DNA of 56,073 bases from an uncultured Nitrososphaerota archaeon (lineage in GTDB: Archaea; Thermoproteota; EX4484-205; DTQO01). Position 1 is the stretch's first letter; every line of letters starts with the position of its first letter. Shown here in pieces: positions 55,920 through 56,073 of this stretch. The DNA lies in NCBI GenBank assembly GCA_964631995.1, contig CAZWAU010000057.1, positions 1 through 56,073 on the forward strand, given 5' to 3'. A model generated the notes under the pieces. That model was not told the origin of the DNA. It was given only the letters and a program-made list of their open reading frames with translations, and searched no databases. The translations under genes were made by a program, and so were the position numbers.

Positions 55920-56073
55920 AGCTTAGAAGCCTCTTCAGCAGGCAGCGCTACCAGTGTTTCGGTGGAAACATAGTCTCCAAACCTGAGGAGGGCCTTCATA
56001 GCTGCGTTTACGTCTGGGCCCTCAGCTATCGTTACCGAGTCGTACCGACCAAAAGTCCAGTACATGCCCAGTA
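55920..56073 (-). CDS. GYD-domain protein, partial (N-terminus beyond window edge)
   Basis: The minus-strand frame is open from the window edge: ..LGMYWTFGRYDSVTIAEGPDVNAAMKALLRFGDYVSTETLVALPAEEASKLVE, with the stop at 55920-55922. This matches the GYD signature. Confidence 0.65.

Noticed and set aside
1-56073. A scan for CRISPR arrays, rRNA genes and inteins in PolB, RadA, Cdc6 and HerA.
   Set aside because: I saw no regularly spaced direct repeats and no rRNA-like stretches. All four proteins have contiguous motifs and normal or short lengths.

Overview
This is an archaeal chromosomal window. Hallmarks are RadA, Orc1/Cdc6, a family-B DNA polymerase, NurA/HerA, a Hef-like helicase, CofE and a non-Pyl MttB homologue. 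Several genes have CTTATAT-type TATA boxes about 23-35 nt upstream of the start. The lineage cannot be fixed by eye; an uncultured TACK/Thermoproteota-like archaeon is only a guess. I support about 50 CDS, one tRNA, one intact IS element with target-site duplication, one decayed transposase and one frameshifted gene. I saw no rRNA and no CRISPR array.

Three gene modules are the best candidates for an undescribed system:
- 47991-52716: an apparent operon of radA, orf132, a RadA paralogue with destroyed Walker A/B motifs, and a family-B polymerase with intact polymerase motifs but destroyed exonuclease motifs. It sits next to cdc6 and a possible origin. It is architecturally reminiscent of the bacterial ImuA/ImuB/DnaE2 mutasome.
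- 29875-36958: an enlarged NurA with an inserted wHTH, a HerA-like ATPase, orf114, a Hef-like helicase that lacks the XPF nuclease domain, and a QueG-like Fe-S protein. No mre11 or rad50 is present.
- 12055-20645: a MacB/FtsX-type permease fused to an ABC nucleotide-binding domain in which every catalytic motif is degenerate, followed by an ABC-2 permease and a roughly 1300 aa beta-helix/GH/NEW3 surface protein.

Also notable are a tRNA-Leu(TAG) gene carrying two insertions at non-canonical positions and an IS inserted into a promoter. All functional calls come from motif reading by eye; no database search was run.
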